A stretch of DNA of 64,000 bases from a virus, in IMG/VR virus record IMGVR_UViG_3300028569_001145, positions 40,702 to 104,701 of that record; one strand, 5' to 3'. Shown here in pieces: positions 16,801-26,488 of the stretch. How positions within the stretch are numbered: the first letter of the stretch is position 1; every line of letters begins with the position of its first letter. The notes beneath the pieces are model-generated. The model had not been told where the DNA came from. It worked only from the letters and a program-made list of their open reading frames with translations, and did not search any database. The translations under genes were made by a program, and so were the position numbers.

Positions 16801-18306
16801 GGTGCTATCGTTAAACAGCATTTACTAGAAAGAAACCGCCAAAGATCTGCTCAAATTACCTACTCAGAACCTTATTATACAGCATCAGTTACTTCGCTAC
16901 CTAGAGACTATGAGACTGGATCTATCGGAGTATTTGATGGAGGGTCTGGAGGATCAGTTAATCAGTGGGTAAACATAAGCCAATCATACACAGCATCAGT
17001 TTTAGGTTTAGCAGGACTGGTAACCTTTATTGAATCCTCCGAGTATGAATTTTATAACGGGCAATATTCAGGATCAAATATTGAGTGTCAATTATCGCAT
17101 TCTATCAACACTACACCGTTGTTAAATAATGTAAGTTCAAGCAGACTTTCAACCGTTTACGAAGATGTTGATTACAATTCAGATGCTTTAAACCCAACTA
17201 ACCTACCATTCATACAATCAGGTTCTGCATTCAAAGCAGCTGTACAAGATTCAAATTATGCTTCCGGCAGTGTTTGGAATATACCAAGATATGAAGGATC
17301 AGAAAATACCGGACAGTACAACTACACTATTAATTTCCCGAGCACATCTATTGCACCAGGCTATCCAATAGATGACTTTTCAGAATACATTGCATACTTT
17401 GATTGGGTTGGAGGATCAGATCCACAGTACCCAGGTGGTGGTAATGTTCACATTATAAGTTTAATTAAAACCGACGGAACAGTAATTGGATTAGATACTG
17501 CAAACAAGAATTTAGATATTGTCGAGAAAATATTCAAAGCAGGTACGTCTCCTACAATATACATACAAACTTATAGTTCAATTGAACCCACTACACCAAC
17601 CACAGTAGTAGAAGGAGGGGCCTTGTACCAAACAATTATGTTCGGTACCGGGAGTGATATTAGAGGTATTTCTGTAGAAAGTAACGGTAACAATAATGCA
17701 GTAAACGTTTTATTTACAACCAGTAGTATAAATACCCTAGTTGATAGTGCATCTATTGCAGGAGGGGATAATGGACTATACGCTCTGCAAACAGGTACAG
17801 CAAGTGTTGGTATCATAGATTTAATAGGAAGTATTTCCGACGGAGTAGGTATCTACAACAACACTCTAGGTAGTATAGCAGGGCAGAACGGAACTAGTTT
17901 ATATTTCCCATACAGGGATTCTTTATTTCCTTTAAAGTATGGAGATTTTATTAGATTCGGTACAACAGGCTCATACAGTCAGAATAATATCTACGCACTC
18001 GATGGTACTTTCCAAGCTAGCGGCTTACTCCAAATAAAGCAGATAAATTTAGGACCATCTCCAGTAAGTACTTCAAGCATAGAAGTAACTCCTGTAATCA
18101 CTGGACATATAACAGGGTCTTTACAAACACCGTTCAACGGAAGTTACGTAAACCAGAACTACCGTATCTTTAGAAGAATACCTAATGAAACTTTTATATT
18201 AATTCAGAATAAACCGGTAAACCCGGGAGCCGGTGTAATAGTACCACATAATTTTAACCCTAATTACGATCCAATACAATTGGCAAGACAAGTTGGTTTA
18301 ATTTAA
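13843..18306 (+). CDS. large baseplate-associated protein with LamG-like segment
   Basis: 1487 aa; KKKGTAAGLRILANIYG baseplate-wedge-type motif; FSGSLQEIRYY. Confidence 0.65.
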   Translation: MDKTVYIENIPSIELGGQTYQSSDTALISSFDTENAFDSTVNYIEYHIYNGNKFLIDTIENLDSYRIYNNQVYIDPEQDLESRVFQPGQYYSVYNFLTPVLSSSFQETFYISEISTDRTELRLASTDILGGDIIDSTEALKTLIDSSPYYQDFYLNFGNNNLVIANNILLDDSDPENITVLIKLYEPLADSFQLNSQCWAVQKIAESLAYLFNVQMSFDSVDELIRIKGPNTNILALESGNKSTEIVASSDLLYTTEDSLKNQLQSYLQEAGSDLNIDYSEYTNFVFFSKAETRLENFYYKLGLIEEYAYSASLYTDTTNFYNSGSSTYWESKLKEVITNFDGYEYYLYFESGSTTWPKSNSTPPYTNYPTTSSQAVAWLNTQLATASIYDTENKDSLINSVPLYIRENSDNLNYLLFVEMAGQHFDDIWLYIQAVTEKYNNINGVNKGLSKDLVGIALRDFGIKLYQNNFTSDNLYSTYLGITPSGSLLPYTGQELINTYVTASATGSLIPVNDLSSEIHKRLYHNLPLLVKKKGTAAGLRILANIYGVPASILRINEFGGKDKNTNTWDYWQNTFDYSFNTQGINYLTSSFAVNTAWGAINNVPSAVEFKFKTTGLPAASNYSQSLWATDKNVGLRLKYTGTGLTSGSYSGSIVDPYFEYGYLEFFPDITDLNSSASIYLPFFDGGWWSVLVNKNSNSDYTLYVGNSLYSGNDGNTLGFTSNSTVNKLGNWSGSAVSYFGTSSLNASTFSGSLQEIRYYKNALSQSVFNDFIMNGSSIEGNGINSAPDQLIFRASLGGELYTSSISIHPKISGEWVTTSSFASDSTFYFNTTPVFTANNLISFYDQPVTGIKNPVSDKINIQGKTVYGNVLSTLTTLQQSYPASSSFTRDVNYLEVGYSPQNEINEDITDSIGYFNIGDYIGDPRQFSSSTLSYPELDSLRDSYFEKYNKSYDYQDYFRLIKFYDNSLFKLIKDFIPARTAAATGAIVKQHLLERNRQRSAQITYSEPYYTASVTSLPRDYETGSIGVFDGGSGGSVNQWVNISQSYTASVLGLAGLVTFIESSEYEFYNGQYSGSNIECQLSHSINTTPLLNNVSSSRLSTVYEDVDYNSDALNPTNLPFIQSGSAFKAAVQDSNYASGSVWNIPRYEGSENTGQYNYTINFPSTSIAPGYPIDDFSEYIAYFDWVGGSDPQYPGGGNVHIISLIKTDGTVIGLDTANKNLDIVEKIFKAGTSPTIYIQTYSSIEPTTPTTVVEGGALYQTIMFGTGSDIRGISVESNGNNNAVNVLFTTSSINTLVDSASIAGGDNGLYALQTGTASVGIIDLIGSISDGVGIYNNTLGSIAGQNGTSLYFPYRDSLFPLKYGDFIRFGTTGSYSQNNIYALDGTFQASGLLQIKQINLGPSPVSTSSIEVTPVITGHITGSLQTPFNGSYVNQNYRIFRRIPNETFILIQNKPVNPGAGVIVPHNFNPNYDPIQLARQVGLI

Positions 18307-18350
18307 CAAAATAACTATATTTATAACATATAACTAATTAATTAAAAACA

Positions 18351-19007
18351 GTGGGTTACCTTAATAATGCAGCAGTCACAGTTGATGCTATTCTAACTAA
18401 AAAAGGGCGGGAGCTTTTAGCTAGAGGAGACGGTTCTTTTAGAATCACTCAATTTGCTTTATCTGACGATGAAATAGATTATACCTTGTATAATCCTACA
18501 CAACCTTCAGGATCAGCCTTTTACGGAGAGGCTATCGAAAATATGCCCCTATTAGAAGCATTTCCTGATGAAACTCAGATTATGAAATACAAACTTGTAA
18601 CCTTACCTAGAGGTACTGCTAGAATGCCAGTATTGGATATCGGATATTCTGCAATCACTATTAAACAAGGTGCTAGTTTAGCAATCACCCCTCAGACTTT
18701 AAATTACCTATCTCAGACTTCCTTAATTGAATCCTCAGGTTATACATTTACGATTTCAGATGTGAGATTGTTTAACAGCTTCACAGGAGTAGGTATTAAC
18801 ACTCCGGATGTAGTAGCAGCTAATGCAACTACAACTATCGGAACCAATGTATCTAAGACAGTGATTGGAACTACTTTAAATTTAACAGCAACCACAGTTA
18901 ATACTTTATTTGGCTCTAATACTAGTTTATCTGCAACCTTGCAGGTGATTGGAAGAGATTCTGGAGCAAGATTACAAATACCAGTAACAGTAACTAAAAC
19001 GACCTAA
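18351..19007 (+). CDS. virion structural protein
   Basis: VDAILTKKGRELLARG..ITQFALSDDEIDY; GTG start after late motif. Confidence 0.7.
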   Translation: MGYLNNAAVTVDAILTKKGRELLARGDGSFRITQFALSDDEIDYTLYNPTQPSGSAFYGEAIENMPLLEAFPDETQIMKYKLVTLPRGTARMPVLDIGYSAITIKQGASLAITPQTLNYLSQTSLIESSGYTFTISDVRLFNSFTGVGINTPDVVAANATTTIGTNVSKTVIGTTLNLTATTVNTLFGSNTSLSATLQVIGRDSGARLQIPVTVTKTT

Positions 19008-19017
19008 TTTATAACAG

Positions 19018-20007
19018 ATGTCATTTAAAAGATTAGATCCAGAAGATTTTCTAGTAAGTGTTGATTCAATAACAGCAACTGCCTGGTCGACCAACTCACC
19101 GACCTTAACTCAGTTTTTCACTTCATCAACTACATCTACCAACGATTCTTACTACAAGAACGTATACCAAACAGCATCTGCAAATAGTGCAGCAGCTATT
19201 CAATTTGCAATAGCTTACGGAAACCTTAACGGATCCGGTAGTGTAAATTACAATGATTTAGTACCGGGTAAAACACCTACTAGAACAGTTTATGGACAGT
19301 ACCGTAACTTAATCTACGGAGATGAAAACGCAACATTTAACTTTTCAGGAGTAACTGCTTCAGATTTCTGGGCATTATCTATTGAAAGATCTAGATATAA
19401 ACAACATCTGCTAAAAGGTACTTTTAACCTACAATTAAAGAACGGAAGCTCTACTTTGGTATTAACAGATAATTCAGGTATGGTATCAACTGATACCTAT
19501 CTAGATTGTGGTAGAGTATATCAGATTATTTCTGGATCTAACGGAATAGCATATTCAGGAACAGGAAACTCACTATCATCAGGATCTTATGGATTATTTC
19601 TACCAGATATTGCAACAATTATTTTAAACCCGTTAGCATTATCGCAATCAATTAATTTAGAACCTTCTAGATCAAATGACTCTGATGGTTTGAATATTAG
19701 TAGAATGTTCACAGCAATCTCCGGAGCTGCTTCTTTTCAACTAAATAGTGAAGAAACAGTGACCTCGGATTATGTTTATGTACGAGCTAGAAATGCTGAA
19801 TTTAACTACTCAGAGAATCCATCATTCATTTCAGGTTCAACTGGAGATGTACTGTATAGTAATTTTATAAACTCACCACAGACGTATTTAACAACTGTAG
19901 GATTTTACAACGATACTAATGACTTAGTTGCAGTAGCAAAATTATCTAAGCCATTAACTAAAGATTTTACAAAAGAAGCATTAATAAGAGTTAAGCTTGA
20001 CTTCTAA
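19018..20007 (+). CDS. baseplate/fibre-attachment-like protein
   Basis: C-terminal TTVGFYNDTNDLVAVAKLSKP. Confidence 0.65.
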   Translation: MSFKRLDPEDFLVSVDSITATAWSTNSPTLTQFFTSSTTSTNDSYYKNVYQTASANSAAAIQFAIAYGNLNGSGSVNYNDLVPGKTPTRTVYGQYRNLIYGDENATFNFSGVTASDFWALSIERSRYKQHLLKGTFNLQLKNGSSTLVLTDNSGMVSTDTYLDCGRVYQIISGSNGIAYSGTGNSLSSGSYGLFLPDIATIILNPLALSQSINLEPSRSNDSDGLNISRMFTAISGAASFQLNSEETVTSDYVYVRARNAEFNYSENPSFISGSTGDVLYSNFINSPQTYLTTVGFYNDTNDLVAVAKLSKPLTKDFTKEALIRVKLDF

Positions 20008-20013
20008 GAATGA

Positions 20014-20976
20014 ATGAGTGCATTCAAAAAACTTTTAGCATCTGACGTCATAGTCACTCCCTTTGAGGTAAACAAAGGCTTTACCTTTGTAGGAGCTAGT
20101 CAATTGACAGCATCAGATGCTGGAATCAACAGATTCTTAGGACAAAACATTACCGGATTATTTAACCTTTCAGAAGCTAGTACTGGAGAAACTTATTTAG
20201 AATATAAAAGACTAATTTACAATTCAGCTAAAGAATTATACTACTCTAATACTATAGCAACAGCAAGTCTTGCTTTTACAGTACCGGGTTTAGATTCTAC
20301 AGGTAATGTATTGACCGGACCAGTAAGTTCAGCTGGAAGATACGAAAATTATCTGCAGACTACTTTAACAGTTGAGAGGTACTTTCCGACCGGTTCAAAC
20401 GATATTATAGGAGTAATTTCAATCCCATCTAAACTATATGGAGATAAAATACAACCAGGATCTTTTGTATTTACAGCAGAATCTGGCAGTGTCTCTGATG
20501 ATGGGAATGGAAACTTAATTTTTAGCCTGGATGGAGCTTATGCTGGCAATATTATATACCAACATGGTTTGATTATTTTAACCAAAGATAATGAATCTTC
20601 CGGAGGTTCCCTATACGGAACCGGTGTATACGGAACAGGTATTTATGGAGGAGATGCGAATCCCTTTATAGAAAATTTTATACTCTCTGCAAATGTAACC
20701 TGCTCATTTTCAAGCTCAATTACACTTTTTGAAACTCAGTACAAATGTACTATCGACACCTCAGAGTTTAACTTTAGCTTAAATCCAAGCCTTATATCAG
20801 GATCAACCGAAGGCACAGTCTACGACTTTGCAACAGGTTCTTACTTTAACCCGTACATTACAACAGTAGGCCTTTATAACGAAAATCAAGACTTAATTGC
20901 TGTAGGTAAATTAGCAAAGCCACTACCCTCTAACAACACAACAGATTTAACAATACTAATTAACATCGATAGATAA
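20014..20976 (+). CDS. paralog of the preceding structural protein
   Basis: EFNFSLNPSLISGS..TTVGLYNENQDLIAVGKLAKP. Confidence 0.65.
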   Translation: MSAFKKLLASDVIVTPFEVNKGFTFVGASQLTASDAGINRFLGQNITGLFNLSEASTGETYLEYKRLIYNSAKELYYSNTIATASLAFTVPGLDSTGNVLTGPVSSAGRYENYLQTTLTVERYFPTGSNDIIGVISIPSKLYGDKIQPGSFVFTAESGSVSDDGNGNLIFSLDGAYAGNIIYQHGLIILTKDNESSGGSLYGTGVYGTGIYGGDANPFIENFILSANVTCSFSSSITLFETQYKCTIDTSEFNFSLNPSLISGSTEGTVYDFATGSYFNPYITTVGLYNENQDLIAVGKLAKPLPSNNTTDLTILINIDR

Positions 20977-20977
20977 T

Positions 20978-21418
20978 ATGTGGTTATACGAAGGCAATCC
21001 GGTTACAAGTCTAGAACAGCTTCCGGAAAATGCCCACGGTTTTATTTATGTAATCTATAAAAAAGATACTAGAAAAACCTATGTGGGTAAGAAAAATTTA
21101 TTTAGTATTACTAATAAACCTTTAACTAAGAAGGAATTATTAGAAATAACAGATAAACGTAAATCTAAAAAAAAGCAGGTTATTAAAGAAAGTAACTGGT
21201 TATCATACTGGGGTTCTAATAAAGATCTTTTAACCGATATTAAAACTCTAGGAGAAGATGCTTTTGAAAAGCATATCTTGAAAGTCTGCTTCACTAAAAA
21301 AGAACTAACTTATTATGAAATACACTTTCAATGCGTCCTCAACGTATTACTACAAGACAGCTACAACGACAACATCCTGGGCAAATTTTACAGAAGGGAC
21401 TTGCACCCACCTTATTAA
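20978..21418 (+). CDS. stand-alone GIY-YIG nuclease-family protein
   Basis: GFIYVI..YVGKK..ESNWLSYWGS..YE..YNDNI. Confidence 0.8.
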   Translation: MWLYEGNPVTSLEQLPENAHGFIYVIYKKDTRKTYVGKKNLFSITNKPLTKKELLEITDKRKSKKKQVIKESNWLSYWGSNKDLLTDIKTLGEDAFEKHILKVCFTKKELTYYEIHFQCVLNVLLQDSYNDNILGKFYRRDLHPPY

Positions 21419-21431
21419 GTTCGTATATTTA
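21401..21431 (+). promoter_or_regulatory. early/middle promoter for primase
   Basis: TTGC..TTCGTATATTTA with 23-nt offset. Confidence 0.7.
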
Positions 21432-21435
21432 GTCG

Positions 21436-22362
21436 ATGGTAAATCATCTACTAGTAAACTTAATGGACAGCCTTCTAGGAAAAGGCAAACCTACATCTGG
21501 GGATAATTACTCATACCACTGTCCTTTCTGCAATCACCATAAACCTAAATTAGAAATAAACCTTAGAGAGAATGAAGAGGGCTTGCATCATTGGCATTGC
21601 TGGGTTTGTAATAAAAAAGGTAAAAAACTAATTTCATTATTTAAAGCCGTTCAAGCACCAGATAATAAAATTGAAGAGTTAAAAGCTTTTGTAAAAATTT
21701 CCTACCATGAGGCAAAAGGAGTAAAAGTAGAAGCAATAACACTACCGAAAGAATTTATACCGCTATACCCAGCAGATAAGAATAATGTTTCAGTTAGACA
21801 AGCGTTAAGGTACTTAAAGGGTAGAAAAGTAAACGAATTAGACATAAAGAGGTATAATATAGGATACTGTGAAGCTGGACCTTATAGGAATATGATTATT
21901 ATACCATCTTACGATGAGTTTGGGGTTCTTAATTATTTTATAGGTAGAAACTTCGGCCCGGCTGAAATCAAATATAAAAACCCTAAAGTCTCTAAAAATA
22001 TTATAGCTTTAGAGAATACAATTAATTGGAATTCACCTTTGATAATATGTGAGGGTATGTTTGACGCTATTGCAATCAAAAGGAATGCTATCCCACTATT
22101 AGGAAAAACCATACCTGAAAAACTTATGAAGAAAATAGTATCCTCAGGTGTTAAACAAATCTTTGTTGCATTAGATACGGATGCTTTAAAACAGGCGTTT
22201 GAGTATTGTATAACCTTTCTAAACCACGGAAAACAGGTCTTCTTTGTTGACTTGCAAGAAAAAGATCCATCCGAACTAGGGTTTGAGGAATTTACAAAAA
22301 CTCTCCATACAGCCGCACCATTAACCTTTAGAGATATCCTGGAAAAAAAATTAGCATTATGA
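21436..22362 (+). CDS. DNA primase (Zn finger plus TOPRIM)
   Basis: CPFC..WHCWVC; ICEGMFDAI; ALDTDA; KDPSE. Confidence 0.92.
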   Translation: MVNHLLVNLMDSLLGKGKPTSGDNYSYHCPFCNHHKPKLEINLRENEEGLHHWHCWVCNKKGKKLISLFKAVQAPDNKIEELKAFVKISYHEAKGVKVEAITLPKEFIPLYPADKNNVSVRQALRYLKGRKVNELDIKRYNIGYCEAGPYRNMIIIPSYDEFGVLNYFIGRNFGPAEIKYKNPKVSKNIIALENTINWNSPLIICEGMFDAIAIKRNAIPLLGKTIPEKLMKKIVSSGVKQIFVALDTDALKQAFEYCITFLNHGKQVFFVDLQEKDPSELGFEEFTKTLHTAAPLTFRDILEKKLAL

Positions 22363-23153
22363 TAGAAAAAAATACAAATATCCGTAAAGATAAAAAAATA
22401 AACCGCATTGTAGAAGCAGATCCTACAGCCAGGCAAATAACCATTCTAGACTCTAGATACTACCAGAGAAAAGAAGGAGTCTTTTACCCGTCGGTAACTT
22501 ACGTACTTTCACATTTACCTAAAGATAAATTTTTTGAATCCTGGATGAAAGATGTAGGGCATAATGCTGATATCATTATGAGAAGAGCCGGAGATGAAGG
22601 AACTCAAGTACATAATGCTGTAGAGGCTTACTTAGCAGGAGAAGAGATTACCTGGATTGACGATAACGGAAATGTAAAATATAATTTAGAAGTCTGGAAA
22701 ATGATTTTAAAATTTGTTGATTTCTGGGAGACTCATAAACCCGAACTCATTGCTTCTGAAACGCATTTATTTTCTGATGAATTAATGGTAGCAGGAACTG
22801 GGGATCTAGTAGTAAAGCTAAATGATAAACTTTGGTTGTTAGATATTAAAACTTCAAATTCATTACATGAAAGCTATGATTTACAATTATCAGTTTATAG
22901 AAAAGCATGGAATGAATTATTCGATACAGAGATTGAAGAAACAGGTATCCTATGGCTAAAAGCATCTACCAGAGGTCCTGATAAGTCGGGTAAAAAGGTA
23001 CAAGGAGATGGATGGCAATTGAAACCAACCGGAGATAAGTATGAAGAAAACATTACACTTTTCAAGCATTTATTTGAAATTTTTAAAGCAAAAAACCCAG
23101 AATTAAAACCTTATAGCGAGTTACTGCCTACATCGGTCAAGTTAGAGTTATAA
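22359..23153 (+). CDS. PD-(D/E)XK exonuclease
   Basis: YPSVT, GTQVHNAVE, AGTGDL, LDIKTS, QLSVY. Confidence 0.88.
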   Translation: MIEKNTNIRKDKKINRIVEADPTARQITILDSRYYQRKEGVFYPSVTYVLSHLPKDKFFESWMKDVGHNADIIMRRAGDEGTQVHNAVEAYLAGEEITWIDDNGNVKYNLEVWKMILKFVDFWETHKPELIASETHLFSDELMVAGTGDLVVKLNDKLWLLDIKTSNSLHESYDLQLSVYRKAWNELFDTEIEETGILWLKASTRGPDKSGKKVQGDGWQLKPTGDKYEENITLFKHLFEIFKAKNPELKPYSELLPTSVKLEL

Positions 23154-23173
23154 CTATTTATATTATATAGTAT

Positions 23174-24814
23174 ATGAACATCGATCAGATAACAGAACAT
23201 TTAATAAAAAACCTACTTCCAGAAAACCTGACCCCCGTCAGAGAAGTAGGAGAAGGAAGTAGTAAAGCCTTCCCAGCTATTAAAGAACATGACGATGTCG
23301 ATTTAGAAGATGGTTATCTATTCGGTACAACTGTTTATAGCTTCACTGATTCTAAAGATCAGTATTATACTGTTATATTAGAGTACGAAGGATTAGAAGT
23401 CACAGTCAGTTTTACAGCAGACGAGTCTTTTGAACAAACAAACTCTAATGAACTATATGCTGTTATAACTACAGTTTTCCAAATACTTAAGCAGGACATT
23501 TCACAATCACCTAAAAACCTTGTAAATTTAATTAAATACACCCCAGCATCAACGAAAGGAAAACCTGGACAGAGTCAAAAAGGAGCAGACCAGAGAGACA
23601 GAGTATATCAAGCCTATTTTAAGAGAATGTTCCCAAATGCAACAGTAGAAAAAGAAGGGCCAGATACTGTTGTATATCTAGAAGAATCATATAAAGGTAA
23701 AAGAACAAACGACGGGGCACCGGGTACCTTTAAAGCTAAAATTACTAAAGCTTATGGAGGGCCTGTAACTATTGAAAAAGCTAAGAAGTTTAAAAATAGA
23801 GAAAATGCTACCGCTCATGATAAGCGTCAGGCAAACTGGTTTATTAATTTTCATTCTAAGAATGAAGGGTTAAACGAAGTAGGGGATGCATCTGCATCTA
23901 AGTACGAATGGGAAGAAGTTGATAGAGAAGGTTATTTTACATATGTTCGTTTTATAACAGATAGTGAGACTGAGTATGATGTAGATCTTGAAACTATGAC
24001 ATACACTCCTAAAGATTCTACATCAGGTATCAAAGCAATAGGAGTTGAATTCTCAGCCAAACCGAAAGATGCTGAGTTCCTGGGCGGTTCATCTAACATA
24101 GTAGTTAATAAAGGTGAACTTTACAAGGTAATGGCTACTGTATTAGATATCATTAAAAAATACCTTAAAGAATTTAAAGCCCAGGCTATTATTTACACCC
24201 CCTCTAAAAAATCAAACGAAGACTTCGGTAATCAAAGAGACCAGGTGTATAAAGCTTTTATTAGTAAAGCATTCCCAGAAGTAAAATTTGAACAAAAAGG
24301 AGATATGGTGGTTGCTATTTTACCTAGCACTACGTATCTTACGATTGATGAAGTAGATGACTTACAGGAAAATATAGAACCAACAGAAACCTCAGGTAAG
24401 GCAGCACCTTACGGTTCAGGTTACAAACCTCTAGAAGAAACACTTGAGCCGTTAATAGCAGAACTGACTAAATACATGTATGAGGAAGGTTTACCTATTG
24501 ATCCTGCACCTACTGTTGAATTCATAGAGGATGAAGTAAATGCACAAAATCCTTTAGGGAGAACCGCTTATTATGATCCTCAAAACCGGCATATTGCTTT
24601 ATACGTAACTAGTCGGCACCCTAAAGATATTTTAAGATCTTTTGCTCATGAAATGATTCATCACATGCAAAATTTAGAAGGACGTTTAGGTAATATGCCA
24701 AATACAGTTAATGTAAATGAAGACGATCATTTAAAGTCGATAGAGGAAGAAGCCTATAAACTAGGCAATATTTATTTTAGAAGTTGGGAAAATAATAAAA
24801 ATAAAGTAAAATGA
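23174..24814 (+). CDS. multidomain protein with two repeated domains and a C-terminal HExxH zinc-peptidase-like domain
   Basis: Repeat ELY.V..TV..I.K..YTP..QRD.VY.A....FP; FAHEMIHH..EEEAY. Confidence 0.7.
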   Translation: MNIDQITEHLIKNLLPENLTPVREVGEGSSKAFPAIKEHDDVDLEDGYLFGTTVYSFTDSKDQYYTVILEYEGLEVTVSFTADESFEQTNSNELYAVITTVFQILKQDISQSPKNLVNLIKYTPASTKGKPGQSQKGADQRDRVYQAYFKRMFPNATVEKEGPDTVVYLEESYKGKRTNDGAPGTFKAKITKAYGGPVTIEKAKKFKNRENATAHDKRQANWFINFHSKNEGLNEVGDASASKYEWEEVDREGYFTYVRFITDSETEYDVDLETMTYTPKDSTSGIKAIGVEFSAKPKDAEFLGGSSNIVVNKGELYKVMATVLDIIKKYLKEFKAQAIIYTPSKKSNEDFGNQRDQVYKAFISKAFPEVKFEQKGDMVVAILPSTTYLTIDEVDDLQENIEPTETSGKAAPYGSGYKPLEETLEPLIAELTKYMYEEGLPIDPAPTVEFIEDEVNAQNPLGRTAYYDPQNRHIALYVTSRHPKDILRSFAHEMIHHMQNLEGRLGNMPNTVNVNEDDHLKSIEEEAYKLGNIYFRSWENNKNKVK

Positions 24815-25323
24815 GATACATATACGAAAACGAAGAGGAATTTGCAGCAGGTGGTATTTTAATGGACCGTGACCAGGTATTAGTTCCAAAAGCACCGCAT
24901 ACAGTAGAGGATGTAATTAAAGCTATTAATACTATAGACTACTACGGACCTTATATCTCAAATATGAGAAGTAGGAAAGTATCAGATAAAGACTTAGAAG
25001 CACATTTCGGACCCAACTCAGCTAGAGCTAAAGCAGCTTTAGAAAAAGAAAGAGGGGAGAAATTCCCAGTTAAAACCAAACAGGCTATTGATGATTTTAT
25101 TAAACAAGGAGTAAAGAAACCAGATTTAATAAATTATGACCTTGAAGATGGAGAACTTATTTTTAAAGTAGAAAGAAACCTACAGAGAGGAAGATTACGC
25201 AGTATAATTAAAACCGTAATGGATAATGCTGGTATCTCTTATAAGTTGAGAGAAAAACAGGAAGGTGAAAAGAAGCGACTTAAAAAAATTGTTAAGGAAG
25301 CTATTGACAAAAAATTAAAATAA
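24811..25323 (+). CDS. hypothetical protein
   Basis: ORF track; C-terminal LKKIVKEAI motif. Confidence 0.7.
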   Translation: MRYIYENEEEFAAGGILMDRDQVLVPKAPHTVEDVIKAINTIDYYGPYISNMRSRKVSDKDLEAHFGPNSARAKAALEKERGEKFPVKTKQAIDDFIKQGVKKPDLINYDLEDGELIFKVERNLQRGRLRSIIKTVMDNAGISYKLREKQEGEKKRLKKIVKEAIDKKLK

Positions 25324-25895
25324 TGTCTAACGAATCAGTTTTGAAAAAACAATTCTCATCTTCTGACCTTCAGAGAATGAGAAACCTAGTTCAAGGTAAG
25401 ACCGGAGAAAAGACCTCAGTCTCTGCCGGATACACCAAAGACTACATTGACAGAAAAGAAGGTGATATCTGGGAGGAAGATGGACGTCAATGGACTATCA
25501 AAAATGGAGTAAAACAGAATATATCAAAACTACAGAAAGCTCGTGAATTAGGTAAAATGCCTTTGTTCTGCCCGGAGTGTAAATCCTTAATGAAGCACCG
25601 GTATGATGAGCAATTTTACCGAATACACAACCATTGCTTTGATTGCCAGATCAAGTTTGAGACTAAATTGAAAGTAGAAGGTAAATGGGATGAATACCAT
25701 ACCCAAATACACAACTCAGAAATTGATGGAATAATAGACAATTATGAAATGTGGGTTGATGATTTAATTAACGAATCTAACGATAGTTTCATGTCAGAGA
25801 CCGGAGAGCTGGAATCATGGTCCAAAGTAGATAAAAGTAAAGTTTTACAACAGAAAGAAGAAGCAATTGAGTATCTTACAAAGTTAAAGAAATAA
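25323..25895 (+). CDS. zinc-finger-containing hypothetical protein
   Basis: CPEC..CFDC. Confidence 0.75.
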   Translation: MSNESVLKKQFSSSDLQRMRNLVQGKTGEKTSVSAGYTKDYIDRKEGDIWEEDGRQWTIKNGVKQNISKLQKARELGKMPLFCPECKSLMKHRYDEQFYRIHNHCFDCQIKFETKLKVEGKWDEYHTQIHNSEIDGIIDNYEMWVDDLINESNDSFMSETGELESWSKVDKSKVLQQKEEAIEYLTKLKK

Positions 25896-25909
25896 AGCTA
25901 TTTATTAAT

Positions 25910-26485
25910 ATGACAAACTCTTTTAACATGTCAGACTGGAGACGCAAATACGTCTTAATGGCAGAAAACGATAACCAGTACCCAGATTACAATCCAGACA
26001 AGCATAAGACCTTAATGAGAGGTGCTATCGATTATGAATTAGAAGGTGATAATATTGTAGCATATTTACCGTTTGAAGAAGAACCGGAGTACGCTGTGAA
26101 AATGACTTTCCCAGTATCCCGTCTAGAGCAGTACTTAGGAGATGAAATCGAAGATAATGAAGCTTTACAGGCTTACGATTCGGATAGAATTGATAGATTC
26201 TTCCACGATAAATGGTCTGGGCTATTTGGAAAATACCATAAAATGGCTAAAGAAAGACCTGAAGATCCTTTTTTAAAAGGTAAGTTTAATGAAACTACAG
26301 AAATGGATCTTATGGAGCAAGTCTCAGGAGAAGAAGATCTAGATTTTTATATGGATAAAATTATAGGCCTGGCACAAAAAGCAAAAGACACTTGGAGTAA
26401 AGATGATAGAATGGAGTACTTCCGTGCTATTGAACAGGCTGTTAGAGATGCTGAATTTTTCATTAAGACACTTCCAAGATATTAA
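25910..26485 (+). CDS. acidic hypothetical protein
   Basis: ORF track; TATTTATT upstream. Confidence 0.7.
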   Translation: MTNSFNMSDWRRKYVLMAENDNQYPDYNPDKHKTLMRGAIDYELEGDNIVAYLPFEEEPEYAVKMTFPVSRLEQYLGDEIEDNEALQAYDSDRIDRFFHDKWSGLFGKYHKMAKERPEDPFLKGKFNETTEMDLMEQVSGEEDLDFYMDKIIGLAQKAKDTWSKDDRMEYFRAIEQAVRDAEFFIKTLPRY

Positions 26486-26488
26486 ATA

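Noticed and set aside
22359-23153. Cas4
   Set aside because: It lacks the Fe-S cysteines and is coupled to primase, which fits a replication or recombination exonuclease.
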